Part shown: positions 11,757 to 23,928 of the stretch, piece after piece
Position numbering within the stretch: the stretch's first letter is position 1
Layout: each line of letters begins with the position of its first letter
Assembly (NCBI RefSeq): GCF_046119375.1
Contig: NW_027362764.1
Span: forward strand, 59,148,001-59,212,000
Source: Phyllobates terribilis
Lineage: Eukaryota
Length of the DNA: 64,000 bases
Direction of reading: 5' to 3'
Notes under the pieces: model-generated
Told to the model about the DNA's origin: nothing
Database searches by the model: none
Seen by the model: the letters and a program-made list of their open reading frames with translations, nothing else
Program-made: the position numbers and the translations under genes

Positions 11757-12833
11757 ATGGAGGGAGCAGAAAACTCCACCAACACCCTGGCCCGCAGCCT
11801 GCTGCAAGCGGAGCCACCCTGCAGCCTGACAGAACTGCTGGCACAACTGCCTAGAGACCCGGACCGTGCGCGCGCAGCGCTGGAAGATCTGAATAGAAGA
11901 ATGGTCCGGGCGCAGCGGGATGTGTTTGCCGGGTGGAGAGAGGAGATGGCCCGGCAGCACGGAGGTGACCAGCAGAGGACCCCGCCGGAACCGGGCAGCG
12001 CGCTTACCACTGGGCGCGGAGAAGAGAGACCGGCAGCTGCAGATGACGCCGCGGAGGAGGCCACGGAGACCGAGGCAGGTAATGGGGACGCCACCATCCC
12101 AAGCCCGGGGAACACCAGCCTGCCCTCACCCTCCGTTGCGGGACCCGAAGCCCCGGGGACCATACCTGACACCACGCCTCCACCGCCACCAACTAGGCCT
12201 CAGGCAGCAAGCACCGTCGTCACGCCCCTCCCCGCGCTGTGCCCTCTGAACCCTGGCGCCGTACAGCGTGAGACGTCACAGGCCAGGACGCAAGGCCCAG
12301 CACACCCGGGCGCCGCTGCCTCACCAGCGCCCCCTACCTTGGCGGTGCCACCCCCGGGCGCGACCAACAAGCGACCACCGGCCTGGTCGCAAGGCCGAGT
12401 GCCCCCGGGCGCTGCCACCTGTCCGAAGCCCACAGTGCCACCCTTGGGCGCGGACCTGTATGCCCAATATACCAGCCCGGACGGGCTACCCTTTGAATGG
12501 CCGCCGGAGTTCGCCAACCCCCGTCTCCGGAAAGAGCGACCCCTGAGTGAGCCTTTGATCCCGGCCCCGGAGCCCGCCAACATCGCTCCACCCCTGCCGG
12601 AGGATGCCCAGTTTGCATGGGACCCCACCGGCGAGAACCTCATGGGCTTCACCCAGGAGACCCGGGCGGAAGAAGCCCAGCGCCTGGAGTGCTGCCGTCA
12701 GCAGCTAGCCACCTATGAAAGAGAGCGGCGGCAGAGGCGCATCAGGGACTCCAGGCCAGGAGCGCGGAGCAAAAGAGGGGGGCCCGACAAGACACCCACG
12801 CCGTCCGCGGACCCAGAGCCACCGGGACCGTAG
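11757..12833 (+). CDS. 358-aa Pro/Ala-rich ORF of unknown function inside the LTR element (probably the middle of a longer decayed ORF)
   Basis: GC-rich open frame with helical or coiled-coil-like segments (AALEDLNRRMVRAQRDVFAGWREEMARQ; EEAQRLECCRQQLATYERERRQRR). No zinc knuckle, protease, YxDD or integrase motif. Confidence 0.55.
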   Translation: MEGAENSTNTLARSLLQAEPPCSLTELLAQLPRDPDRARAALEDLNRRMVRAQRDVFAGWREEMARQHGGDQQRTPPEPGSALTTGRGEERPAAADDAAEEATETEAGNGDATIPSPGNTSLPSPSVAGPEAPGTIPDTTPPPPPTRPQAASTVVTPLPALCPLNPGAVQRETSQARTQGPAHPGAAASPAPPTLAVPPPGATNKRPPAWSQGRVPPGAATCPKPTVPPLGADLYAQYTSPDGLPFEWPPEFANPRLRKERPLSEPLIPAPEPANIAPPLPEDAQFAWDPTGENLMGFTQETRAEEAQRLECCRQQLATYERERRQRRIRDSRPGARSKRGGPDKTPTPSADPEPPGP

Positions 12834-13132
12834 TCAAGTTCCAGCTGGAGCATGGCTAGGGCTTCATCAGAGACCCGGAGGCTGACACCGACGTCTTCGT
12901 CACTAGAAGGGACGTTGAAAGCCACCTGCCAGAGGGACATCACGGACGTGACCTGTACCCCGGCGACGTGGTCACCTACACTCGGCACAAGGGCGCAAAG
13001 GGACTGTACGCCCTCCACGTTCACCGGCTCACAGAGGAGGAACTGCAGTACCGCCCAGACACGGAATACACTGAGGATCCGGACGGACCAGAAGATTACC
13101 CGGAGGAGCGAGGAGGACACCGTTACCAGTAA
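12719..13132 (+). pseudogene. Cold-shock-domain (OB-fold) coding segment, -1 frame relative to the 358-aa ORF, with one internal TAG
   Basis: Reads GPRATGTVVKFQLEHG*GFIRDPEADTDVFVTRRDVESHLPEGHHGRDLYPGDVVTYTRHKGAKGLYALHVHR, then an acidic tail to TAA at 13130-13132. Matches the CSD pattern GTVKWF...G[YW]GFI...DVFVH...G[DE]xV[TE][YF]...G.KG..A..V. Confidence 0.78.
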
Positions 13133-13400
13133 ACGGTAAAATGGAACTGTATATAGTTACCCGTCAGGGTATGAGAACTTGCTGAAACTGTTAAATGATT
13201 GAAGTGTGGTCCCCGTTGGGACTAGTGTGGAGTTATTAAAGGGACTGTTACCTGTGTGCCCCTAATCCCTAACCAGGCTGAGGACTGTGAGCAGCCACTC
13301 CCTTATCCCCACTGGCCGAGGACTGAGAGCGGCCACCCCTGTAAATAGTTGCGCTTCCTAAAGCGCCCCCTACTGGTTTTATGCAAAAACCGCAACGTCA

Positions 13401-13750
13401 CACTCATACAATGGAAATATGCTGCGCATGCGTCACTCACACTGGGAATATGCCGCACATGCACCACTCATACACTGGAAATATTGTGCGCATGCGTTAG
13501 TCAGACATTGGATATATTCTGCACATGCACCACTCACACACTGCAAATACATCACTCACACTCTGGACACATGCTGTACACATATCACTGGCATGATGGT
13601 CATCTAGTGTGCTGCACATACACCAATTCCACAATGCAAATATTCCGTATATGCACCACTCACAAACTAGGTTAATCCTGCAGACACAACCGTTCATACA
13701 TGGAGATAGATCTGCCACTTACACATAGGACATATACTTCACAAGCACCA
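13401..13750. repeat. Minisatellite of about 34 bp, right part (continuation of 8075-8479)
   Basis: Same gcacatgcaccactcacacactgga units. Confidence 0.8.
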
Positions 13751-15286
13751 CTCACAAGCTGACACTTCCAGAAACAAAACCACACTCAGATACCCCAAAA
13801 CTACCACGCCAGTCATGCAGCGAGGTAACATTTCCACAGCAACAGCCAACTCTTATCAAAGTCTTACAGTTGCAGAACAATGCCCCCATCCCAATATGGG
13901 GCCCTGTTTTTCTCGGCCCCATGGACACTAAATGGTCTGTCAGGACGTACGAGTGACTGGTCACCATTTATCAACCTGTTCCACACTGCAGAGGTGCAGT
14001 ACAAAGAATTGTCAAAAATTAACTACGCCAACCAACGGGTTTCCGGACCCCAACCAACCATAATAGTAGGGAGCTCACGATAGGGACTAATCAGAAAATC
14101 ACTTTGAGAATGTAATTACACTAGCGTTAGACACATCTCTGCAAACCTCCCCAGCAGTGAGGCGGGGGGTGCCATCTTGGCAGCTAACTAAATCCTGTCA
14201 AAGTCACTGGCCGCGAGCCAAACTGCTCTTAATTACCGGCAGGCAAACATCAAGCAGCTGCCTACGGTTAGTCCGTGTGCGGGCTCTGAACATCCTGCGA
14301 GAACCAGGCATCTTCTTAACATCCTTGACAAATCTGCTGCAGAATTCTAATGTTTTACTTCTGGATGAAATAAGCCCTGGATCCACCTGAAAAACTACCG
14401 AAAAATCACCACAAAAATTTACATAATGCACAGCAATGTCCATTTCCAATTGCTGCGGACATGCTCAGTCTTTTGTTTCTTCTTTTAACCACTTCATTGT
14501 TCAGAAACCCTGAAGCGGTTAAAAGAAGCAACATGTTCCTTCTCCGGGCTTTTTAGTTTGGAAGTTATAATAAAAAATAAAGGCAAAAGACGCAAGCACA
14601 AAAACGAGCACAAAAATGGCGGCAGAACAGCTTCAGGTAGAACGCCGTGACATGTCCATTATTCTGGCGTTTTCCATTCGGAAGACGCTCTGTACTTTAC
14701 AATTCAAATCAATGGGAGCACTCAAAAGACGCCCCCGGAAGACAAGTGGACATTTTTTGGAACATTTTGTCATAGTTTTTGCTTAATAAAACACTAGAAG
14801 TTTCTTCATTATTCAATAGAGTGAAAAAAATGACCAGAAAACTACAGTAAAAGAGACACAAAAACCATCGGAAAACCCTTTAAAAAAAAACGTCCGAAAA
14901 ACACTCAGGAAACCACCAAAAAATGTCACAAATGACGCTCCAAGAAAAAAAACTCCAGAGTTTCCTGAAAAATTTTCTGCTTGAAAACTTGTCAGAGTCG
15001 CCTTACTTTAAAAACGTTGTGGACACACAGCTAATATCTGCTCCCAAAATTTCTAGAAAAAATTCATAGTCCAAAAGTATGTCCTACTAAGAGTTTTCAC
15101 TTGGCTTTTGCTGACTGAACAATCCACGTCAATAAAACACTTCAAAATAAAGTTTTTCTGTTTGTTTTTTTGGGTATTTCTTATTGTTTTTGTGGGGAAG
15201 AATGTTTTTTTTCTGCTTCAATTGATTCAGCAGTTAAATATGAAGTGCTTATTTCAAGAAGAAACACCTAAAAAATGGTCGCTCAC

Positions 15287-15381
15287 TTTGCTTGTGCATG
15301 GTCGCTGTGGCGGTGGTTGGCGAACAGCGCCGCACCGTTAAGGATAAGTTCGCCGTGACGTGGTAGTGGGCGTCATACAGT
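15287..15381 (-). other. Candidate 95-nt coding exon of an unidentified host gene
   Basis: Minus strand ...tcattctgatcag|ACTG...GCAAA|gtgagc. CpG-rich and apparently non-repetitive. One open frame, LYDAHYHVTANLSLTVRRCSPTTATATMHKQ, not recognised. Confidence 0.3.
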
Positions 15382-17139
15382 CTGATCAGAATGATAAACT
15401 AAGGACCTCATGTTCCGTTTCGTAAATTTTTGCCTGGCGGCATTAGATCAGCACATGATTTTTGGATGTGCAGTCGGTATCTTTTTATACAGCATTGTCA
15501 AAAATGTACATGTTGCTTCATTTTCAACATAAGAAAATCGGTGTTTGATCACTAAAATGAATATGAAACTAAGTCAAAAACATTTAAAATGTTTTGGGTG
15601 TTTTATGTGGATTTTGCAGCAGAATCTCCTCCAAATTCCAGACCAAAAAAACCTCTAATGTGGAAATACTCATACTGTACACTATGCAAATTAGCTCTCT
15701 GACAGACCGGAAGAAAATATCTCCTAGGTGAGGTAGCCACCCTTTATGTTCGACCCTTTAACCTGACCAGGGATAAATGACAAAACCAGAGGCTCATCTA
15801 CAGAAAGCTGTTTCATATGGAGTTTGCCCCTCATCAGTGGCTGAGTGTGACGCCCTTGATGCAACGTGGGAGAAGGTACTGGCTCTCTTTAAAGAGGTCA
15901 ACTGAGCATGGAGTCTTAATGGCAATGCTCCATTGCCATTAGTGGCTACTTCTCCTAGGTGGTATTTGCAAGATTCACTTGACACTTGCAGATCGAAAGA
16001 AACAGGTGAAGTAGCTAATCTGCATGCTTTTCTCCCATGATGCATGGTCTGTTAAACTCCATACTCAGTAGGTCATTTTTATGGAGAACCAGTGTTCCCT
16101 CATGGGCGGTGCACCTTGTCAGCCAGACTCTACACCGGTGAGGAACAAACTAGTCAGTCAGAGACAGGTCCCCGGGGACTTTTTGCCCCATTCCCCTTAA
16201 CTGAGAGGTGACTTTCTATACACACACTTAGAGGGACATTTGTCAGTCTAGGGAAGTGGGACGGGAAGAAACCACAAGAGATCTGCCTTGGACTCATCAT
16301 TCGAGACCTATGGTTCATGCCTGTCATTTCAAAGTATGTCTCCTCTGAAACACCACAACCATTCATGGCTGCAATACAGCAGTCGTCTGCTTCACACTGT
16401 CCATTTTTCCGGCATCATGAATCTACTCTTAGGTTCCCCTTAACTTGTGCCGCTTCTGAGGAACATTGTCAATTTTAGTCAACGGTGGTCAGAGAAGAAC
16501 CCAAAAGTCACACACTTCTCAGCTGATTAGAAAGCATGAAATGATTTCCAGTTAATAAAATGAGTGCCCCATCGCTGCAGATGGAGGGAAAGGTCAATAA
16601 CGTCATAAATCCATAACCAGTAAAAACGCGCATTCATTTCACTCAGTCAAGCTTAGCCATACCAGCCGCCAATAGGAAATAGCTATGACTGAGGCACATA
16701 CACATCCTGCTCCCTATGTCGGCAAAGTGGAGGCCAAAGGGAAGTAGTTATTCATTCTACTTCAAAAACTTTTCGTAACATCCACACACAAAAGAGGTGA
16801 ATGCAGTGCAGGGATTTAGAAGACAACGGTGAGAAAACGTGGAGACCCGAATAAGAGATCTGAAGCTAAATTATTCTTATATATTCCCATTAATAATAAA
16901 GTGCCAACATATTCCCCAGAACCTTAGGCTCCATTCACATCGGAGTTCAAAGCTCCAGGAGCCTCTTTCGAGGATTCTGTCACAGTTGCCGAAAAATGAG
17001 TACAGACTGTACAGGATATGGTGCTACATTGCTCCCAGGTAAAATGGACAACACAACGAAAGTCAATGGCACCTATTATAGGTCAATGGGGTCTGTCAGG
17101 CACTGTAGGTGTCCATCATATTATGGATCGGTCAGGTGA

Positions 17140-18005
17140 TGACAGGTGCTGGTCATGAGTCACTTGCCAAGTATTTTGCACGCATCCTCTTCTATTTATT
17201 AATACACATACATGGTACCTACTGGCTTTGCCATCCTGGCAAGCGTCTGATGGATATGTCAGCAGAGCCTCTCTCCTCCTGGTCCAAAGATATGAACTTG
17301 GACTTACAGAGGCTATCACCTGCCCTGTGCCTCACAAACTGAGCACCAAGATGGTGTCCTCGGATCCTTCAGGGACACCTGGAGTTCCCTGGTCCTACAA
17401 GGCTACCTTCCTTGGCTGCTAGAATGCGAGTATGGCAACTGCACCATAAAAGTCAGAAGCCTCCGGTTTCCTAGCCGAGGCTTGAAGCGACGCGACTAGC
17501 CCAGGGACCGGTTCCCTTCTTGCGGCCTGGTCCCTCTGACACTTGACAGATTAGAGCATACGGGTGGCTTCCTGCTCCTTCCGTACCCCTGGGACCCCTT
17601 CAGTTACCGGAGCCTTCCTCCTCCGCTGGGCCTCATTTACTAGGCCCACTCTGGAGCAGAGCTCCTGTAGAGCACCTGCTCCTCTCAGACTCACTACCTT
17701 ACTACCTTTTTCTCTCTCTCCCCCTAACTAAGATGGATCCCCTATTTATACTCCCAACAAATGCTCCCCTAAACTACTTCCTCCACCCACACCCACTACT
17801 TGGTTCCCCCTCACTCTGGTTCCCCCCACTCAAGCCAGGGACAGGGCAGCAGAACACAGTGCATCTTGCCCTTCCAACCGGCCTGGAGCAGAGTAGTGTT
17901 GGATGCAGGTGTTGGGGTTCCGGGCTGTACTCCTTTCCTTACCAGATAGTGAGGCACCACAAGTTATAGTACCTCTGTGGCGACTGAACCCGCAGGGGTG
18001 CCACA
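17140..18005 (-). mobile_element. Solo-LTR-like sequence related to the tgtggcacccc LTR family
   Basis: Minus strand begins tgtggcacccc, has a tataaata box and ends ...cacctgtca. No matching TSD; it abuts a truncated MITE. Confidence 0.6.
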
Positions 18006-18761
18006 CCACCATGCAAGGTCCACAGTCCCAGTGCCACTAATGCAGAAGCTAATCCTTCACATATATACTAGGACAACACTAGTAAATGATTTTGCTTGAT
18101 TTTTTCCCAGTGAATCATTGTTTTTCAGGCTGAGCCTCTTAAGGAAAGAAGCTTCCATGACCCGAGCTGGCAGGAGGACATCAGATATACTGTATAGGAA
18201 TGAATTAGCATTTTTTTATGCATTCTGAGAAAAACATAAAAGCAACAGGGAGACAGAATGTCATTTTACTAAAAGGAACACATTATTGATATTTCATATT
18301 TCACTGTCAGGCAGAGATGGTTGCTCCGCTCCATGGACGGCGGCCAAGATGCTCTCACTTGATTGCAAGAGGCTTTGGTCTTTAAATAGATGAAAACGCC
18401 AAGATGGGTAATAATTCTCATGACAACGGGACTAACTTCTGTCTTGTTTTTAATAATCTTCTAAGTGGGAAAAAAACTGTATACTTCCTCTAATGTCTGG
18501 TTCCAGTTGCAACCAAGTTTTCATATGTGGGAGGTCTCCAGACTGTTCCTTGACTCCAGATGTCTGGGAAGACAGGGGTCGGACACATTGAATTTCCTTA
18601 TTCCTGCATGTGCATGGGAGAGTCAGGAGGGATAGCCGTCAGACTAAGACAGAAATAAAGGTACCTGAGAGCTAGAGAAGTGTTTCAGGAACAGCTATGG
18701 AAAAGACGGCACAATTTTAAACAGCTGGCACACTCTTCCAAGTGAGTGGTCGGCATGTTTA

Positions 18762-21700
18762 CAGTGGGGAAAAAAAGTATTTAGTCAGCCACCAATTGTG
18801 CAAGTTCTCGCACTTAACCGCTTCCCGGCCGCGAACTGTAGATAAAAGTCCGTGCTGCCTGGGCTCTGTGCAGCGCGGACGTTTAAAAACGGTGGGTGGT
18901 CCCGCAGCGCTCAGGACCCCCAGGGTCTTGCAGGCGCTGCGGGAGCGGTGCAGAGCGTTAGCTCTGACAGGGAACATCATCGGGACCTGATTGGATCAGG
19001 TCCCAGTGATGTTAACCCTTTGCTGTCTTCTATATGCCGCGATCTATAGTGATCGCGGCATATAGAAGACAGCAGGAGGAGAGGGGGTCGTCCACTTACC
19101 TCTCCGACGGCCCCCTTATACCTTCCAGGACCTGACGTTGCTATGGCAGCTGGAGGTCACATGAACGCCTCCAGATCTGCCATATATGGTGTCCTGCCTG
19201 GCTCAGCCTGCAGCTGAAGCCAGGCAGGAGACTGACTGTGAAACAGTCAGGGAAGATCTCATGTAATGTAATACATGTCTATTATATTACATGAGATCAG
19301 TGATCAGAAAAATAAAAATTAAATGTCCCATACAGGGACTAAGTAAAAATGTAAAAAAAAGTTTAAAAAAATGTTTTTAAACTGTTAAAAAAAAATTACA
19401 AAATAAATAAATAAAATATTAAACCGATAAATCCGTATATTTATGCAAAAATAAAGAAAGTACACATATTTGTTATCACCGCGTCCGAAACAACCCGAGC
19501 TATAAAACTGTCACACTAATTAACTCCTTCTGTGCACACCGTACTAAAAATAAATAAAAAACGGAGCAAAAAACTATGCTTTTTCCTCATATCGCCAAAC
19601 AAAAAGTGGAAAAAAATGCAATCAAAAAGCAAAATGGAAATAAAAATGGTACCGCTGAAAACAAGCCACCATACAGCTCCATCAGCCGCAAAATAAAAAA
19701 GTTATACCTCTCAGAATAAAGCAATGCAAAAAAAATATTTTTTCTATAAAATGGTTTTATTGTGTAAAAGCGCCAAAACATAAAAAAATATACAGAAAGT
19801 GTAGTATCGCTGTAAAGGTACTGACCCAAAGAATAACGCTGCCTGATCACTTTTACCACACGCAGAACGGCATAAAAAAAAACCTCAAAAAACAATTCCT
19901 GAATTGTTGGTTTTTGTTAATTTCACCTCCCAAAAAACAGAATAGAAAGAAATCAAAAAATGCCACGTGCCCAAAAATGGTACTAATAAAAATGTCAACT
20001 CGTCCCACAAAAAACAAGCCGTCACATGACTCTGTCGGCCAAAATCTGGAAAAATTATAGCTCTCAAAATATGGCGATGCAAAAACTAGATTTTGCAAAA
20101 AAAAGCGTCTTTTAGTGAGTGACAGCTGTCAGTCATAAAAACCAGATATAAATCTGGTATCGCTGTAATCGCACCGACCCGAAGAATAAAGTAATCTAAT
20201 CAGTTATATCACACTAGGAACAGTGTAAAAAATAAATAAAACCAATTCTTCACCTGCTACTGATTAGTTTATTATGTCTCCCAAAGATCGCAGTAAGGCG
20301 CAGAGCCTTACATTTATCCTGTGCTCTGCGCTGAGCACTTACCCCAGAGTTTCCGTGTAAATCTCTGAAATACGTGATTCAGCCAGAACCCATGACGGAA
20401 GATTCCCTGTAATGAGGCAGATATAGGCCACTGTGGACGCCGTCTAGCCTGGGATCCCACAGTGTAATTTTTTTTAGGTGTGCATAAAAGTGCGGTTGGC
20501 CACAGTTTTGTGCACTTCTGAAAAAAAGGACACCGCTAAACAGAGGCCAGACGGAGTCCAGAGTAACTCTGCTGCCTCATTACAGTGAATGGATCCCGCA
20601 GGGGTTTCATCTGAATTACATCACTTGGAAATTTAGATGGAAACCCCGATGTAAGTGCTCAGCCTAGAGCGCCGGATAAATGTTACGTAAAATGTTCCCA
20701 ATAAAAGCTTCAACTCAGTCCTCAAAAAAAGCTAGTCCCCACTTAGGTCCATCATCTGTTAAAAATATAAGGGACTTCCAAGTTACTGGTAGCAGAAAGG
20801 CTCTGGAAAAGCGAAATGGCCCTTGCCCCCCAAAAGAAATTCAGAAAATTTTGTGCTCCCAAATCCAAATGCCTATTCTACAATAATTTGTTCTCCAATT
20901 GTCAAATAGCACTCCGTCCCCCCCAGATCTCGCCGTATGGCTGAGCGGTACGATACAGCCACATATGGGGTATTGACACTTTTAGAAGAAATTGTGTGAC
21001 ACATTTCGGCACCATTTTTACTCATTGCCCTGTGTGAAAATGTAAAATCTGAGGGCAAAACATTTTTTTGTGGTAAAAATATAATTATGTTTTCTTCACT
21101 GCCCAATGGTATAAATTTAAAAATTAAAAAATACTCACTACTTCCCTAGATGAATTCCTTGAGAGGTGTAGTTTACAAAATGGGGTCACTTGTGGGGGTT
21201 TCTGCTGTTTAGGCATGTCAGCGACTCTTCAAATGTGACATGGTGTCTGTTGCCTATCCCAGCCAACATAGCGCTCCTTTCTCTTCCGAACCCTGCCGTA
21301 CACCAAAGCAGTGGTTTTCCCCCACATATGGGGTATCAGCGTACTCAGGAGAAATTGCACAACAAATTTCATGGTGCAATTTCTCCTGTTAACCTTATGA
21401 TAATGCAAAATTAGGGAATGAAAAACATTTTTTTGTGGGAAAAATGTGAAAATTTTATTTTTACGGCTCAATATTATAAACTTTTGTGGCTGGGCGTGCA
21501 AGGTGCTCACCACACATCTAGATAAGTTCCCTAAGGGGGTCTAGTTTCCAAAATGGTGTCACTTGTGGGGGGGGGTTTCCACTGTTTAGGAACATCCGGA
21601 GCTCTCCAAACGCAACATGGCGTCTGTTAATTATTCAGACAAATTTTACATTCAAAAAGTCTAATGGCGCTCCTTCCCTTCCGAACCCTGCAGTGCGCCC

Positions 21701-22556
21701 AAACAGTGGTTTTCCCCAACATATGGGGTATCAGAGCGCTCAAGAGAAATTGCACAAAAAATTTTGGGGTCCATTTTTTCCTGTTACCCCTGTGAAAATA
21801 AAAAAAATTGGGTCTAAAGTAACATTTTTGTGAAAAAAGTTAAATGTTAATTTTTTTCTTCCACATTCCAAAAATTCCTGTGAAGCACCTGAAGGGTTAA
21901 TAAAGTTCTTGAATGTGGTTTTGAGCACATTGAGGGGTGCAGTTTTTAGAATGGTGTCACTTTTGGGTATTTTCTGTCATAAAGACCCCTCAAAGTGACT
22001 TCAAATGTGATGTGGTCCCTAAAAAAATGTTTTTGTAAATTTTGTTGGAAAAATGAGAAATCGCTGGTCAACTTTTAACCCTTATAGCTCCCTAACAAAA
22101 AAAAATTTTGGTTCCAAAATTTTGCTGATGTAAAGTAGACATGTGGGAAATGTTGTTTATTAACTATTTTGTGTGACATATCTCTCTGATTTAAGGGCAT
22201 GAAAATTCAAAGTTTTAAAATTGCAAAATTTTCAAAATTTTCGCCAAATTTCCGATTTTTTCACAAATAAACGCAAGTGATATCGAAGAAATTTTACCAC
22301 AATCATGAAGTACAATATGTCACGAAAAAACAGTCTCAGAATCAGGGGGATCCGTTGAAGCGTTCCAGAGTAATTACTACAAAGAGTGACAGTGGTCAGA
22401 ATTGAAAAAATTGGCCTGGTCACGAAGGCAAAAACAGGTTAAAAAGATGAGAGAGGCCTGTAATGGACATCATAGTTAGACCTCAACTATGAGAGACAAA
22501 ATGAGAAAAGAAATCCTGAAAATCACATTGTCTGATTTTTTTTTTTTGCCCCACTG
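18762..22556. mobile_element. Miniature Tc1-like deletion derivative (about 170 bp net) split by a nested insertion
   Basis: TA-cagtggggaaaaaaagtatttagtcagcc (18760) and ...tttttgccccactg-TA (22558). The host sequence rejoins as cac-TTAA-aaagatgagagagg. Confidence 0.75.
18818..22438 (-). mobile_element. piggyBac-like non-autonomous DNA element nested in the mini-Tc1
   Basis: TTAA duplicated at 18814-18817 and 22439-22442. About 21500-22438 is the reverse complement of about 3397-4330. No transposase. Confidence 0.75.
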
Positions 22557-23545
22557 TATTTGGTGTGTGGTTGGTGGGTATCCTAGGATTCAGAGTTTCC
22601 CTTGAAATCCAGTTCTGGTTGCAACAAAATAATGACTATCCTAAAAATCCAAGCAACATCCAGGTAAAAAACAAAAAACAAAAAGGGCCCCTGTCGTACC
22701 AATAGCATCACTAGCAATCAGGACAGACTGCATGGTTACCACCGGATAATACTTCTAAAAGACAGATGATCTTTGCAAAAGTTATTTAATTAGTCTTTAG
22801 ATTTTTACCTATCCTTTTATGAAAGAGTCCCATTAACTGGTCTGTTCTGCCAGATTGTACAAATAGTAATGCCTTCATCTATAGACCAAGATCCTGCTCT
22901 ACATTTATTCCTGGTTGCCATTTTCAAATGGTCGCCTTCATTTAAATAAGCGTTGCGTAAATCAATAGTAGAAACAAATATAAGAAACTTTGTAATATAT
23001 GTTATCAGAGAGATATGCTTCTATCTCCACTTATGAGCCACTTCTCCTCCTGAACGCAATCAATCATTCACTCTGAAAAAGAACTAAAATCCGTGTTGCT
23101 TAAACAAAGACAGACGGACAACTCATGGAGAGATTACATTACAGCTGAGTGAAAGGTTACACTTATTAAAAGTTTACAGAGATTGATATTGAGGTGGGAG
23201 AAGCGAGGAGGAACAGAATGAAAGAGACATACACAGATGATGATGATGGAGCTGCTGGTTTCTAATGTGTTTATCCAGTGCTGGAATCACAGTTATACCA
23301 CTCAGTATTTTTGTAGAATGTCCTCTGTGCTGTTGCTGAACATGTGCTACGTACAGACAAGAGAGCATGTCTGTATGTGTTGTGTATGAGAGACATCATA
23401 GCACCTATTCTCTACCCACTAGCTCAGAGACAACTGAAAAATAGAGATGGAACCTGCCGAGGGGAAAACTGGTGATAAGAGCAAGATACAAGTCATGTAA
23501 TGGCCAGAAATATATTATCCCTCATGTACACACACGACAGCTTAA

Positions 23546-23928
23546 AGAGTTTGTCTACTACTTTTACATTGATGGCCTATCCTTAGGATAGGTCATCAAT
23601 TTCTTATTGGCCGGGGTCCGACACCAGGCACCCCCACCTATCAGCTGTTTTTGGAGTTGGCAGTGGCGGCCGCCGGCTGGAAATACTTATTAGATGGGCT
23701 GGCCGCATACTTGTAGTGGCTGCCAATTTGAATAGGAGGCGGATGTGCAGTACCCTGCGGCGGCCACTACAAGTAGACGGCCAGCTCCACAAGTAAGTAC
23801 TTTGGGCCGGCGGCTGCAGCAGATAACAGCTGATCGGCGGGGGGTAAAGGATGCCGGACCCGGACGATCAGACATTAATGATCTATAATAAGGATAGGTC
23901 ATCAATGTAAAAGTAATGATCAACCCCT
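23546..23928. mobile_element. T2/Kolobok-type MITE
   Basis: TTAA at 23542-23545 and 23929-23932; long imperfect inverted arms containing cctatccttaggatagg. Confidence 0.75.

Noticed and set aside
11186-13120. Minus-strand ORFs (329, 219, 150, 135 aa) over the retroelement interior
   Set aside because: Expected antisense shadows of a GC-rich coding region; no motifs.
12852-13139. 95-aa ORF MARASSETRR... from the ORF track
   Set aside because: Low-information Ser/Thr/Arg text. The overlapping -1 frame carries the recognisable cold-shock-domain motifs, so this is probably a shadow ORF.
15794-16366. Two minus-strand ORFs (83 and 70 aa) that look protein-like
   Set aside because: Each is bounded by stops, they cannot be joined in one frame, splice signals are weak and no motif is recognised.
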